The notes under the pieces were generated by a model. It searched no databases. It was not told where the DNA came from and worked only from the letters and a program-made list of their open reading frames with translations. 64,000 nt of DNA, taken from positions 2,130-66,129 of the forward strand of contig CACENB010000001.1 in NCBI GenBank assembly GCA_902561015.1, in the 5' to 3' direction. This DNA comes from an uncultured Pelagibacteraceae bacterium (GTDB taxonomy: Bacteria; Pseudomonadota; Alphaproteobacteria; Pelagibacterales; Pelagibacteraceae). Numbering within the stretch: the stretch's first letter is position 1; each line of letters starts with the position of its first letter. The position numbers and the translations under genes were made by a program. This document shows positions 1-9,999 of this stretch, one piece after another.

Positions 1-920
1 CTTTCAAGCGTTAACGAGTTTATATTTTTAAAATAATATATTAACTCTAAAAAATCATTTAAGAAAACTTTAGGATCTATACCTTGGTCAAAAATCTTTC
101 TATAAATTTCCAAAACTTTTTTTTCATCACCCTTCAAAACTAGATTAAACATTTCGATAAGTTGGGATTTGTCAAAATATCCAAAAATTTTTTGAGCTTC
201 ACTTAAATCTAATTCTTTATTTTTTTTAAGCGATAACAGACCTCTATCTAATAACGATAATGCATCTCTAACAGAACCCTCAGAGATTTTAACGATTAAT
301 TTCAGAGCTTCATCGGAGACATTTCCATTCTCTTTATCTTTTACTTTTTTGATAAATTGAAATAAATCCTCAGATTTGACTCTGGATAAGTCAAATCTTT
401 GACATCTTGATATAATAGTCACCGGAACTTTTTTAATTTCAGTTGTAGCGAGGATGAATTTTAAATAATTTGGTGGCTCTTCAAGAATTTTTAAAAGAGC
501 ATTAAATGCACTAGAGGATATTTGATGTACTTCATCAATAATAAAAATTTTGTATTTTGAGGAAGTCGGTCCATATTTTGAAAACTCTATTAGGTCTCTA
601 ATATCATTAATTGATGTTTTGTCTGCTCCATTTAGCTCTAAAACATCCATATGACTTGATTTTGAAATACTCTCACAATTCATGCATAAATTTTTTTCAC
701 AAAGCTTTTCTATTCCATTTAAACAATTAAGAGATTTTGCAACAATTCTTGCTATCGTTGTTTTACCTACACCACGAATTCCTGTAAAAAGATATGCATT
801 TGGAATTTTACCAGCTTTAATTGAGTTAATAATTGTATCAGATGCAACTTTTTGACCAATTAATTCCTCAAAAATTTTTGGTCTATATTTTAGTGCTAAC
901 ACTTTAGATTTTTTGTTCAT
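1..920 (-). CDS. dnaX: DNA polymerase III subunit gamma/tau, N-terminal part (runs off window)
   Basis: Hand-translated from ATG at 920: MNKKSKVLALKYRPKIFEELIGQ...AYLFTGIRGVGKTTIARIVAKSLNC, later IIDEVH and AFNALLKILEEPP. Confidence 0.97.
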   Translation of the reverse strand, partial: MNKKSKVLALKYRPKIFEELIGQKVASDTIINSIKAGKIPNAYLFTGIRGVGKTTIARIVAKSLNCLNGIEKLCEKNLCMNCESISKSSHMDVLELNGADKTSINDIRDLIEFSKYGPTSSKYKIFIIDEVHQISSSAFNALLKILEEPPNYLKFILATTEIKKVPVTIISRCQRFDLSRVKSEDLFQFIKKVKDKENGNVSDEALKLIVKISEGSVRDALSLLDRGLLSLKKNKELDLSEAQKIFGYFDKSQLIEMFNLVLKGDEKKVLEIYRKIFDQGIDPKVFLNDFLELIYYFKNINSLTLE

Positions 921-932
921 TTTTAATCCTTA

Positions 933-1016
933 GGAGACTAGAACCTGAAAAACTCTCTTTACTAGTGCTATCTTTCGATCCTCCTAGGATTCAAGGAGTG
1001 TTCACCTCTAGCCTCC
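933..1016 (-). ncRNA. ffs: Signal recognition particle (4.5S) RNA
   Basis: Terminal stem GGAGGCTAGA/TCTAGTCTCC; domain IV motif GAGG-ATC-GAAA-GAT-AGCAC; located just upstream of dnaX as is common in bacteria. Confidence 0.9.
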
Positions 1017-1022
1017 AAAAGT

Positions 1023-1052
1023 ATTATAGCAGTAATATTTTCTAATCTACAA
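1023..1052 (-). promoter_or_regulatory. Putative sigma70 promoter of ffs
   Basis: TTGTAG-N18-TATAAT ending 6 nt before the RNA 5' end. Confidence 0.6.
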
Positions 1053-1066
1053 CAAAAGAATATAAA

Positions 1067-1897
1067 TTACTTTCCTCTTATTTCGTCAGCTTCAAAAACA
1101 CCTAAAACGTGAAAATCTTGACAATGCAAACCTAATTCCTCCAATGATTTTTTAACTTTTGCATCTTCTATATGACCATCAAGATCACATAAGAAAAAAT
1201 AAGAATCGAAGGAATTTTTTTCAGGGTAACTTTGTAGTTTGGTTAAGTTTACACCATTAATAGCAAAGCCACCCAGTGATTGATATAAGGCTGCTGGTTT
1301 ACTTTTTAATTTAAATAAAAAAGATGTGATATATTTTTTATTACCATATTCCGGTTGAAAGATGTTTTTACCCATAATTAAAAACCTGGTAAGATTTCCT
1401 TTTTCATTTTCAATATTTTTTCTTATTATTTCTAATCCATAAGTTTCTGCACTTAAAGTAGAAGCTATTGCGGCATTTTTATTATCTTTAATTCTAGATA
1501 TCATTTCTGCTGATCCAGCTGTATCTGCTCTAACGTGTTCAATTAGATTATTTGATTTTATAAAATTTGAACATTGTGAAAGTGCTTGTGAATGAGAGTA
1601 AACATTTTTTATGTCAGAAATTTTTGTACCAGGTATTACTAACAAATTGTGTTCAATTTTTTGAAAATATTCTGAATAAATATTTAATCGATGTTTAAAT
1701 ACCAAATATTCAATCCCTATATTTCCAGTAATTCTGTTAGATTCTGGTATAATTATTCTGGAAGATGGGTCTTCAAAAGCTCTCAAAAAACACTCATCAA
1801 AAGTCTTGCAAGGTATTATCTTAGCTTTTGGAGCGACTGATAAAGCAGCTAGATGTGAATATGCCCCAAATGTTCCTTGAAAATAAATTTTTTCCAT
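1067..1897 (-). CDS. pheA: Prephenate dehydratase (monofunctional, with ACT domain)
   Basis: FQGTFGAYSH, SHSQALSQC, NLTRF, GVNLTKL motifs. Confidence 0.95.
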   Translation of the reverse strand: MEKIYFQGTFGAYSHLAALSVAPKAKIIPCKTFDECFLRAFEDPSSRIIIPESNRITGNIGIEYLVFKHRLNIYSEYFQKIEHNLLVIPGTKISDIKNVYSHSQALSQCSNFIKSNNLIEHVRADTAGSAEMISRIKDNKNAAIASTLSAETYGLEIIRKNIENEKGNLTRFLIMGKNIFQPEYGNKKYITSFLFKLKSKPAALYQSLGGFAINGVNLTKLQSYPEKNSFDSYFFLCDLDGHIEDAKVKKSLEELGLHCQDFHVLGVFEADEIRGK

Positions 1898-2631
1898 CAG
1901 ATCTTATATTCCATAATCTTTTTAATAGCCACAAAATCCTCTTTTGTATCTATTCCAATTGAATGTGATTTGGCAAGAGCAACATTAATTTTAATTTTAT
2001 TTTCTAAAGCTCTTAATTGTTCTAACTTATATTTGATCTCATTAGGAGATTGCTTATATGAAACAAAATCTTTTAGTGTTCCCATTTCATAACAATAAAT
2101 GCCTACATGATGATATGTATTTAAGTCTTTATTTAAGGTTGTTCTATTGAAATTAATTACTTCTGGAAAATTTTTGTTATTTAATTTTTCTTTTGTTTTT
2201 ACTTTAACCACACTTTGATTGTTGTAAAGTTTTTTATCTGAAATTTTTGAAGCCAAAGTACCCATTTTAGAATTTTTATTTATCATTTGCTGATTAAGAT
2301 TTCTTATATCATCAACATCAATTAAAGGCTCATCTCCTTGAAGATTCATTACTAAATCAATATTTGGAATTTTGATTTTTTGTAAAGCTTCATAAATTCT
2401 GTCCGTCCCAGTATTATGTCTGTTGCTAGTCAAAACTGCTTGACCACCATTTTTTATAACATCATCGAAGATTTCTTGATTTTCAGTTGCGACTAATACA
2501 TCTCCAATTTTTGCCTCCTCAGCCTTTTTAAATACGTGAGAAATGATTGATAAACCATTTATTTTTAAAAGTGGTTTTCCAGGCAACCTAGTTGCTGCTA
2601 GTCTTGATGGTATTATAATCAGTGTTTTCAT
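1897..2631 (-). CDS. kdsB: 3-deoxy-manno-octulosonate cytidylyltransferase
   Basis: IIPSRLAATRLPGKPL, NLQGDEP, LEQLRALE. Confidence 0.97.
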   Translation of the reverse strand: MKTLIIIPSRLAATRLPGKPLLKINGLSIISHVFKKAEEAKIGDVLVATENQEIFDDVIKNGGQAVLTSNRHNTGTDRIYEALQKIKIPNIDLVMNLQGDEPLIDVDDIRNLNQQMINKNSKMGTLASKISDKKLYNNQSVVKVKTKEKLNNKNFPEVINFNRTTLNKDLNTYHHVGIYCYEMGTLKDFVSYKQSPNEIKYKLEQLRALENKIKINVALAKSHSIGIDTKEDFVAIKKIMEYKI

Positions 2632-2740
2632 ACATCATTGTTATTTATTAATACACTATAAGCAGAGGCAATAATATACATCAAATATATAAGCAATTTT
2701 TAAATTATAATGTTATACGTTCAAAATAAAATTTTATAAA

Positions 2741-3283
2741 ATGGATTCTTTTGAAATAAACAAAATAGTTGCTGCGATTTTACTAGTGGCTCTCCTTTTG
2801 ATAGGCATTGGCAAACTATCTAACATAATTTTCTATGTTGAAAAACCTAAAACACCAGGATACGCAGTTGATGTTGAACAGTCAGTTACTACACAATTAA
2901 AAACTGAAAGTGAAACGGTAGAGCAAAAAATAGATATCGCCGCTTTAATGGCTATGGGAGATATCGAAACTGGGGAAAAGGTTTTTAAAAAATGTGCGGC
3001 TTGTCATTCAATCGTAAAAGGCGGAAAAAATAATATTGGACCCGCACTATACAATGTTGTTGGGAGAAAAGTTGGTGTTGTAAATGATTACAAATATTCT
3101 AAAGCATTAGCTGGATATGGAAAAGAATGGACATTTGAAGAATTAAATGGATATTTGATCAAACCTGCAAAATGGATTAAAGGAACAAAAATGGCATTTG
3201 CAGGATTAAGAAAAGAGACAGATAGGGCTTCAGTGATTAAATACTTGAACAAAAATTCAGACAACCCATTGCCTCTACCTTAA
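2741..3283 (+). CDS. cycM: Membrane-anchored cytochrome c
   Basis: MDSFEINK N-terminal anchor, CAACH heme motif, GTKMAFAG. Confidence 0.92.
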   Translation: MDSFEINKIVAAILLVALLLIGIGKLSNIIFYVEKPKTPGYAVDVEQSVTTQLKTESETVEQKIDIAALMAMGDIETGEKVFKKCAACHSIVKGGKNNIGPALYNVVGRKVGVVNDYKYSKALAGYGKEWTFEELNGYLIKPAKWIKGTKMAFAGLRKETDRASVIKYLNKNSDNPLPLP

Positions 3284-4204
3284 TTTTCCAAGACAATAAA
3301 GTAAGATGGATTTTTGCACATGCACTCTGTTTTGTGCTTGTATCCAAACTTTTGATTGTTTACTAGAAAATACTTTTTCATCCACTTCATTTCCCCTTGG
3401 CAAACAGTGGAGAAAAATACAATTTTTCTTTGCATAACTCATTAGTCTTTTATCAATCTTAAATCTTTTAAAGCTTTTCAATTTTTTTGTTTTATTCACT
3501 TTGTCATTGATAGATATAACTTTATCAGAAAATAGAACATCAGCGTTAAAAATGGCTTTATGAGGACTTGAATAAATATTTATTTTATTATTATTTTTTT
3601 TTATGTAGTCCATAATATTTTTATTTGGTTTATATTTTTTAGGACAACCAATATTTAATTTAAATGAAAATTTAATTGAAGCTGCAATCAAAGAATTTAA
3701 AACATTATTACTGTCCCCTATCCATGCAACATTTAAATTGTGTATAGGCTTCTTCTTTATTTCTTCAACTGTAAAGATATCTGACAAAATCTGGGTTGGG
3801 TGAGAAGAAGGGCTCAATCCGTTAATAACTGGGATTGACAAATGTTTTTTAAATTCCTCTAGTTTTTTATCACTATCCGTTCTTAACATGAAAGCATTAC
3901 CGAAATTAGATAATATCTTAGCAGTATCCTCCAAACTTTCACCACCTTTGGACAGATGAAGTTCATCAGGTCTTAATGTTAAAGTACTTCCTCCAAGTTG
4001 TCTGATAGCAAGATAAAAACTTAGTCTTGTCCTCAAGCTTGATTTCTCAAACATTTGAATTAATAATTTTCCTTTAAGTGGAGCATCTTGATCCACATCA
4101 AGATGATTCAGTTTTTTTCTTAAATTTTTTCTTTTTTGTGCATCACTAATAATTTTTCTAAGATCTTTAGCTGAAATATCTTTTAAATTTATAAAATGTC
4201 TCAT
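3275..4204 (-). CDS. argF: Ornithine carbamoyltransferase
   Basis: SSLRTR, HPTQ, HCLP motifs; directly downstream of argD. Confidence 0.9.
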   Translation of the reverse strand: MRHFINLKDISAKDLRKIISDAQKRKNLRKKLNHLDVDQDAPLKGKLLIQMFEKSSLRTRLSFYLAIRQLGGSTLTLRPDELHLSKGGESLEDTAKILSNFGNAFMLRTDSDKKLEEFKKHLSIPVINGLSPSSHPTQILSDIFTVEEIKKKPIHNLNVAWIGDSNNVLNSLIAASIKFSFKLNIGCPKKYKPNKNIMDYIKKNNNKINIYSSPHKAIFNADVLFSDKVISINDKVNKTKKLKSFKRFKIDKRLMSYAKKNCIFLHCLPRGNEVDEKVFSSKQSKVWIQAQNRVHVQKSILLYCLGKLR

Positions 4205-4205
4205 T

Positions 4206-5372
4206 TTATTTCATTCTTGAACACACATGATCAATGATTTTTATTGCTTGATTAATTTCTGTTTTTTTGACATTTAGTGGAGGTAAAATACGAACAACAT
4301 TTTCGGCCGCGCGAATAGTTAGTAATTTATTTTTCATCAATTCATTAATAAACTTTGGCTGATTTTTATAAAGCTGAACTCCAATTAGTAAACCTTTTCC
4401 TCGTATTTCTCTTATAATCTGTGGATATTTTCTTTTTAAAAGATTTAAATTTATCAAAAAATATTTTGATAATTTTTTTATGTTGTTTAAGAATTTTTTG
4501 CTTGAAACTATATCTATTACAGAATTTCCAACAGCCATTGCTAAAGGATTCCCACCAAAAGTTGAACCATGAGTACCAGGTGTCATTCCAGAGGCTACTT
4601 TTTTGTTCATTAAAACTGCACCAATAGGAAATCCACCACCTATTCCTTTTGCAATAGGAACAATATCTGGTTTTATTTTTGAGCTTTCAAAAGCCAAGAA
4701 ATCTGCTGATCGTGAAATTCCTGTCTGAACTTCATCAATTATTAATAAAATTTTTTTTTTAGTGCATAATTTTCTTAATTCTTTCAGGCACCAATCTGGT
4801 ATCACTTTTATACCTCCTTCTCCCATAATCGGCTCAACCATTATAGCTGCCGTATTTTTAGTGATTTTTTTTTTCAAAGATTTATGATTTCCAAAAGTAA
4901 AATGATCAAATCCTGGAACTTTAGGTCCAAAACCTTCTGTCATTTTTTTTGATCCACTCGCAAAAATTGCTGCAATGGTTCTACCATGAAAAGAATTTTT
5001 TACACACAAAATTCTGTTTTTATACGGTTTTCCAATCGAATAAAAATATCTTCTAGCAACTTTAATAGATGCTTCAGTGGCTTCTGCACCACTATTTTGG
5101 AATATTACATAATCAGCAAAAGTTTTTCGACATAATTTTTTTGCTAATTTCTCTCCCTCAGGAATTTTAAAAGCATTTGAAATATGCCAAAGTTTTTTAG
5201 ATTGATTATTTATTGTTTTGACTAGTTTAGGATGTGCGTGACCTAAACAATTTACAGCTATTCCTTGGACAAAATCTAAATATTTCACTCCTTTGGAAGT
5301 GTAAAGATAGCTTCCTTTACCTTTTGAAAAAGAAATTTTTTTTCTATTATAATTTTTTGCTAAATTGCTCAT
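4206..5372 (-). CDS. argD: Acetylornithine aminotransferase
   Basis: NSGAEA, SFHGRT, DEVQTG, AKGIGGGFP, HGSTFGGNPLA. Confidence 0.96.
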   Translation of the reverse strand: MSNLAKNYNRKKISFSKGKGSYLYTSKGVKYLDFVQGIAVNCLGHAHPKLVKTINNQSKKLWHISNAFKIPEGEKLAKKLCRKTFADYVIFQNSGAEATEASIKVARRYFYSIGKPYKNRILCVKNSFHGRTIAAIFASGSKKMTEGFGPKVPGFDHFTFGNHKSLKKKITKNTAAIMVEPIMGEGGIKVIPDWCLKELRKLCTKKKILLIIDEVQTGISRSADFLAFESSKIKPDIVPIAKGIGGGFPIGAVLMNKKVASGMTPGTHGSTFGGNPLAMAVGNSVIDIVSSKKFLNNIKKLSKYFLINLNLLKRKYPQIIREIRGKGLLIGVQLYKNQPKFINELMKNKLLTIRAAENVVRILPPLNVKKTEINQAIKIIDHVCSRMK

Positions 5373-5542
5373 TTCAATATTGTTTGTATAAACAAAAAAA
5401 TTAAATACAAGTTGTGATTGAATATCATTATAAATAATTCAATTTAAATAATGTTGATAACTGAAAATAATATATTGTTTATTAGTATTTTTTATCAGTA
5501 TATTGTGTTTATATATTTTTTAAATACACTATATAGTAAATT

Positions 5543-6037
5543 ATGAGCTGGACTGAAGAAAAAGTTAATAAATTGAAAGAGCTTTGGGGTAAGGGAAACA
5601 CTGCAAGCCAAATAGCTGAAATAATTGGCGGTATCACTCGAAATGCTGTGATTGGAAAAGCACATAGACTTAATCTTTCAGCAAAAATTAAAACTAGAAC
5701 AGTATCCTCTAAAGAAAACTACCACAATACAGCTGAACAAAAAAACAATAAAATTAAAAGAGGACGAAGAAGTAAATTTAGATCATTAATTATTGAAAAA
5801 GATTTTGAACCTGAAAATCCAAAACAACTTGAAGAACTAGATGAAAATTCTTGTAAATGGCCCATTGGCCATCCAAATGAACAATCATTTTATTTTTGTG
5901 GAAGATCATCATTAAAAGATTTTTCTTACTGCAAGCTTCATTTGCTTTATGCTTATCAACCGAAAGGTAAAAAGGAAGACCTGGTTGAAAAAGATGATAT
6001 ACCTGGATTTATAGGAAAAAAAATAAAATCTGCTTAG
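5543..6037 (+). CDS. gcrA: Cell-cycle regulator GcrA
   Basis: MSWTEEKV...ASQIA...TRNAVIGKAHRL and CKWPIGHP...FCG...YC; divergent from argD. Confidence 0.96.
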   Translation: MSWTEEKVNKLKELWGKGNTASQIAEIIGGITRNAVIGKAHRLNLSAKIKTRTVSSKENYHNTAEQKNNKIKRGRRSKFRSLIIEKDFEPENPKQLEELDENSCKWPIGHPNEQSFYFCGRSSLKDFSYCKLHLLYAYQPKGKKEDLVEKDDIPGFIGKKIKSA

Positions 6038-6043
6038 CGAAAT

Positions 6044-7000
6044 TTAATTCTGGTTTTCTTTTTTTCTCGAATATTCACCACCCTCTGTCCACATATAAGA
6101 ATATTTTTTAATTTCTTGACCAAAAATTTTTTTAGCAGGTAAACCAATATCAAAATTTGTTTTATATTTACCAGATACAACATTATCATATTTTAGTAAT
6201 TTAAGCTGATCAACAGTTAACAAAGGATTGGGCAACAATTGGAAAAATTTAGCTGTAGCCATTGCGAGAGTAAGTGGGAGTGGTATTAATAGTCTTTTTT
6301 TATTTATTGCATTAAGTAAAATGATTAAAATTTCTTTAAATGTGAGAACCTCAGGACCAATACACTCTATAACGTTCAAATTCATTCTTTTTGAAACTAA
6401 AAAATAAATTATGTCAGTCAAATCTGAACAATGGATTGGGGTGAATTTTGTTTTTCCATTATAATATAAAGGGAAAATAGGTAATCTACTTAATAATGTC
6501 ATCAAATTACGGCTGAAATTATCTGATGATGAATAAACTATTGAAGGCCTTAAAATTGTTGTTTTAGGAAATATCTTCAAAATATTTTGTTCACCATTCA
6601 GTTTGCTCATAGCATAATTAGAGTCTAATGCTTCATTAATGCCTAATGCAGAAATATGAATAAATTGTTTTAATTTATATTCTTTACAGAGTTTAGCTAA
6701 AAGTGACGGAAAGACAGAATGAATATTCTTAAACGAGTTCCCATTTTTTTTTTCAAATAAAATACCGATTAGATTGATACAAATATCGGCCGACTTAAAA
6801 AGTTTTCTTATTTTTTTTTCATCAAAAATACTACACTCTTTTATTTCTATATACCCCGCATTGCCCTGAGTTTTAATTATATGACCTTTTTGGTGAATAT
6901 TTCTCGTAACTACGGTAACAGTATAGTTATTTTGAGTTAGCTTTCTTGCAAGATGAGCACCAATTTGACCAGTGCCACCCCATATTAAAATTTTTTTCAT
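6044..7000 (-). CDS. Complex I NDUFA9-like NAD-dependent epimerase/dehydratase
   Basis: GGTGQIG Rossmann motif, INLIGIL, YAMSK, LRPS; ATG at 7000 preferred over TTG at 7012. Confidence 0.85.
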   Translation of the reverse strand: MKKILIWGGTGQIGAHLARKLTQNNYTVTVVTRNIHQKGHIIKTQGNAGYIEIKECSIFDEKKIRKLFKSADICINLIGILFEKKNGNSFKNIHSVFPSLLAKLCKEYKLKQFIHISALGINEALDSNYAMSKLNGEQNILKIFPKTTILRPSIVYSSSDNFSRNLMTLLSRLPIFPLYYNGKTKFTPIHCSDLTDIIYFLVSKRMNLNVIECIGPEVLTFKEILIILLNAINKKRLLIPLPLTLAMATAKFFQLLPNPLLTVDQLKLLKYDNVVSGKYKTNFDIGLPAKKIFGQEIKKYSYMWTEGGEYSRKKENQN

Positions 7001-7053
7001 ATTAGTAATCAAAAAATAGACATTATTATTAAGTCTTATATATATAAATATAT

Positions 7054-7671
7054 ATGAGTAATATCAAAGTTTTTGAAAATGATTTACCTGAAGATTTGGA
7101 TTTATCAAATGAAAAGCTTATCGGCCTAGATAATGAAGCTTTAGGATTGGTGCTGGGTAGAGATCCACTCACCTTAGTTCAATTAGGACTTGAGTCAAAA
7201 AATTTTTATCTAATAAAACTCAATAGAGAAACTTATCATGCTCCAAATTTAGTAAAAGCTTTATCTAATAAAAATACGCAATACATTATGCATTATGCAA
7301 GACAAGATTTATTGTGGTTGAAATATCACCTTCATGTTGAACCAGAAAATATTTTTTGTACAAAAGTTGCCTCAAAAATAGCAAGAACAGCTAGCTCATA
7401 TCATGGTTACAAAGATCTAGTTAAAGAATTTTGTGGAAAAGATATCTCAAAAAAAGAACAACAAAGTGATTGGGGTGATCCAAATCTGTCAGAAAAACAA
7501 ATTAAATATGCAGCCTCAGATACCGAACATCTATTTGAGATAAGAAATAAATTAATTAAAATGTTAGAAAGAGAAAAAAGAATAGATTTATTTAAAAAAT
7601 CTATGGAGGTAATACCTATTTTAGTTGACATGGAAATTGCAGGATACAAACTATCGACTTTTGAACATTAG
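7054..7671 (+). CDS. rnd: Ribonuclease D-like 3'-5' exonuclease
   Basis: DNE, HYARQD, CTKVASKIART, QQSDW, YAASD. Confidence 0.88.
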   Translation: MSNIKVFENDLPEDLDLSNEKLIGLDNEALGLVLGRDPLTLVQLGLESKNFYLIKLNRETYHAPNLVKALSNKNTQYIMHYARQDLLWLKYHLHVEPENIFCTKVASKIARTASSYHGYKDLVKEFCGKDISKKEQQSDWGDPNLSEKQIKYAASDTEHLFEIRNKLIKMLEREKRIDLFKKSMEVIPILVDMEIAGYKLSTFEH

Positions 7672-7673
7672 AA

Positions 7674-8639
7674 ATGAAGAAAAATTTTCTTAAAACTGCA
7701 AAAGAAGTAATAAATTTAGAAATTTCTGGATTAGTAAGATTGAAAAAAAACTTGAATAATTCATTTAATATAGCTGTAAATGAAATTGCGAAGTGTCAAT
7801 CTAAAGTAATTCTTTGTGGTGTTGGAAAAAGTGGTTTAATTGCAAATAAAATAGCAGCTACATTTTCATCTGTTGGAACTCCAGCTTTTTTTTTATCTGC
7901 AAGCAATTCATCTCATGGTGATCTTGGAAGCATTACAAAAAAAGATATTCTAATTTTGATAAGTTATTCTGGTGAAACAAATGAATTAAAAAATATTATC
8001 CAATTCGCAAATAGAAATAAAGTTTTGTTAATAGGGATTGTCTCAAAAAAAGACTCAACTTTATATAATGCCTCAGATATTAAATTATTGACACCCCAAG
8101 TAAAAGAGTCGGGTGGAATAGTTCCAACCTCAAGCACTTCGGTTCAATTAGCTTTGGGTGATGCTCTAGCTATATCGGTAATGAAACAAAAAAAATTTAA
8201 TAAACTTGATTTTAAGAAACTACATCCTGCAGGAACATTGGGGGCAAAATTAAAAACTGTAGAAGACATAATGTTGACTGGAAAAAAAATACCTTTTGTT
8301 AGTGAAAATTTAAAAATGAAAGCAGCTTTAAAAATATTGAGTGATAAAAAACTTGGTGTATTAATAGTTCAAAACAAAAAAAAACACACCACGGGAATTA
8401 TCACCGACGGTCAAATTAGAAGGTTTAATCAAAAGAATCCAAGTTTACATGCCACTAAAGTAAACAAAGTTATGACAAAAAATCCAATTAGTGTCGAAAA
8501 AAATGATTTAGCTGCAAAAGCTTTATCAATAATGAGTAACCGGAAAATTACGTCTTTATGTGTTTTTGACAAAAAAAATAAAAAAAAAACAATAGGGGTG
8601 CTTCACGTACATACAATACTGCAATCGAATATATCCTAA
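7674..8639 (+). CDS. kdsD: Arabinose-5-phosphate isomerase (KpsF/GutQ; SIS + CBS)
   Basis: GVGKSG, HGDLG, PTSST, HPAGTLG. Confidence 0.95.
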   Translation: MKKNFLKTAKEVINLEISGLVRLKKNLNNSFNIAVNEIAKCQSKVILCGVGKSGLIANKIAATFSSVGTPAFFLSASNSSHGDLGSITKKDILILISYSGETNELKNIIQFANRNKVLLIGIVSKKDSTLYNASDIKLLTPQVKESGGIVPTSSTSVQLALGDALAISVMKQKKFNKLDFKKLHPAGTLGAKLKTVEDIMLTGKKIPFVSENLKMKAALKILSDKKLGVLIVQNKKKHTTGIITDGQIRRFNQKNPSLHATKVNKVMTKNPISVEKNDLAAKALSIMSNRKITSLCVFDKKNKKKTIGVLHVHTILQSNIS

Positions 8640-9212
8640 ATGACAAATAGTTTAGTAATAAAAATTCTGCTTGGGCTATCTGTCTTGATTGCAATTTTTT
8701 TTTCTAGTCTAAAGTTTTTTAAAGAGGAAAAAAAGACTCCTATAGAGAAAGAAACTATTGCTGAGGATATAAATGCAACAACTAATATAATAAAAGATGT
8801 AAGTTATAGATCTAAAGATGTCAAAGGTAACGAATATATTTTAAATGCAGATGAAGGACAAATTGATCTAACTAATAATAAGATAATATTCCTAACTAAC
8901 GTTAAGGCAAATGTGATTATGGTAGATGGAGAAACTATAAGTATTCAATCTAATTATGGAAAGTATAATATTAACAATTATGATACTATTTTTTCTAAAA
9001 ACGTTGTGATTATTTACGGTGATAACAAAATTAATGGGAATTACCTAGATTTTTCTCTCAATAGAAATTCATTGATAATTTCAAAAAATGTTGTTTATTC
9101 AAATGAAAAAAACTTTCTTAAAGCTGATGTTGTGGAAATCAATATCACAACTAAGGACGCAAAGATTTTTATGTACGAAAAAGAGAAAAAAGTTAAAATA
9201 AAATCAAATTAA
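8640..9212 (+). CDS. lptC: LptC-like LPS export periplasmic protein
   Basis: N-terminal TM followed by beta-rich domain; lies between kdsD and lptB. Confidence 0.7.
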   Translation: MTNSLVIKILLGLSVLIAIFFSSLKFFKEEKKTPIEKETIAEDINATTNIIKDVSYRSKDVKGNEYILNADEGQIDLTNNKIIFLTNVKANVIMVDGETISIQSNYGKYNINNYDTIFSKNVVIIYGDNKINGNYLDFSLNRNSLIISKNVVYSNEKNFLKADVVEINITTKDAKIFMYEKEKKVKIKSN

Positions 9213-9217
9213 AAAAA

Positions 9218-9994
9218 ATGGGTATTATTAAAAAGTTCCGTATAAAGTCATTTAAAAATACTAATACTATTATTGAATTTAAAAATATTTCGTTGTCTTA
9301 TGGTAACAGACTTATTCTAGATAATATTAACTTTAAAATAAATGAAGGACAAATTTTTGGAATGTTAGGTCCCAACGGAGTGGGTAAATCTACTATATTT
9401 AATCTTATCACCGGATTGATATCTCCTATGTATGGTAAAATATTAATTAATGGTCATGACGCAACAAGTTTTCCAATCTATTTGAGAACAAAAAAATTTA
9501 AAGTTGGGTATGTTCCACAATATGGTGGATATTTTAATGACTTATCCTTACATGATAATTTAAAAGCTATTAGCGAAATAATAATTACAGACAAGAATCT
9601 CAGGACTCAAAGAATAAATTATGTTCTTTCAAAATTTGAGCTAGACAGCTTAAAAGACATTAAGGCTAAACATCTCTCTGGTGGCCAAAAACGAAAGCTG
9701 GTTCTTGCATTAGCTCTATTGAGTGAGCCAAAAGTTCTACTTTTAGACGAACCATTTGCTGCTTTAGATGTTCTAACTATAAAAATGCTTCAAGAAATAA
9801 TTGTGAACTTACAACAAGAAAGCCGTATTACTATTTGTATATGTGATCATCAGGCTAGAGATTTACTTGCGTGTGTGGATGTGGCTATGATTTTAAGTAA
9901 TTGTAAAATTATCGCCCAAGACACACCCTCGAACTTAGTAAAAAATATTAGTGCTCAAAATGCATATTTTGGTGATAGTTTTAATATAAACTAA
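9218..9994 (+). CDS. lptB: LPS export ABC ATPase
   Basis: GPNGVGKST, LSGGQ, LLLDEPFA, DH; synteny with kdsD. Confidence 0.9.
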   Translation: MGIIKKFRIKSFKNTNTIIEFKNISLSYGNRLILDNINFKINEGQIFGMLGPNGVGKSTIFNLITGLISPMYGKILINGHDATSFPIYLRTKKFKVGYVPQYGGYFNDLSLHDNLKAISEIIITDKNLRTQRINYVLSKFELDSLKDIKAKHLSGGQKRKLVLALALLSEPKVLLLDEPFAALDVLTIKMLQEIIVNLQQESRITICICDHQARDLLACVDVAMILSNCKIIAQDTPSNLVKNISAQNAYFGDSFNIN

Positions 9995-9999
9995 CCAAT

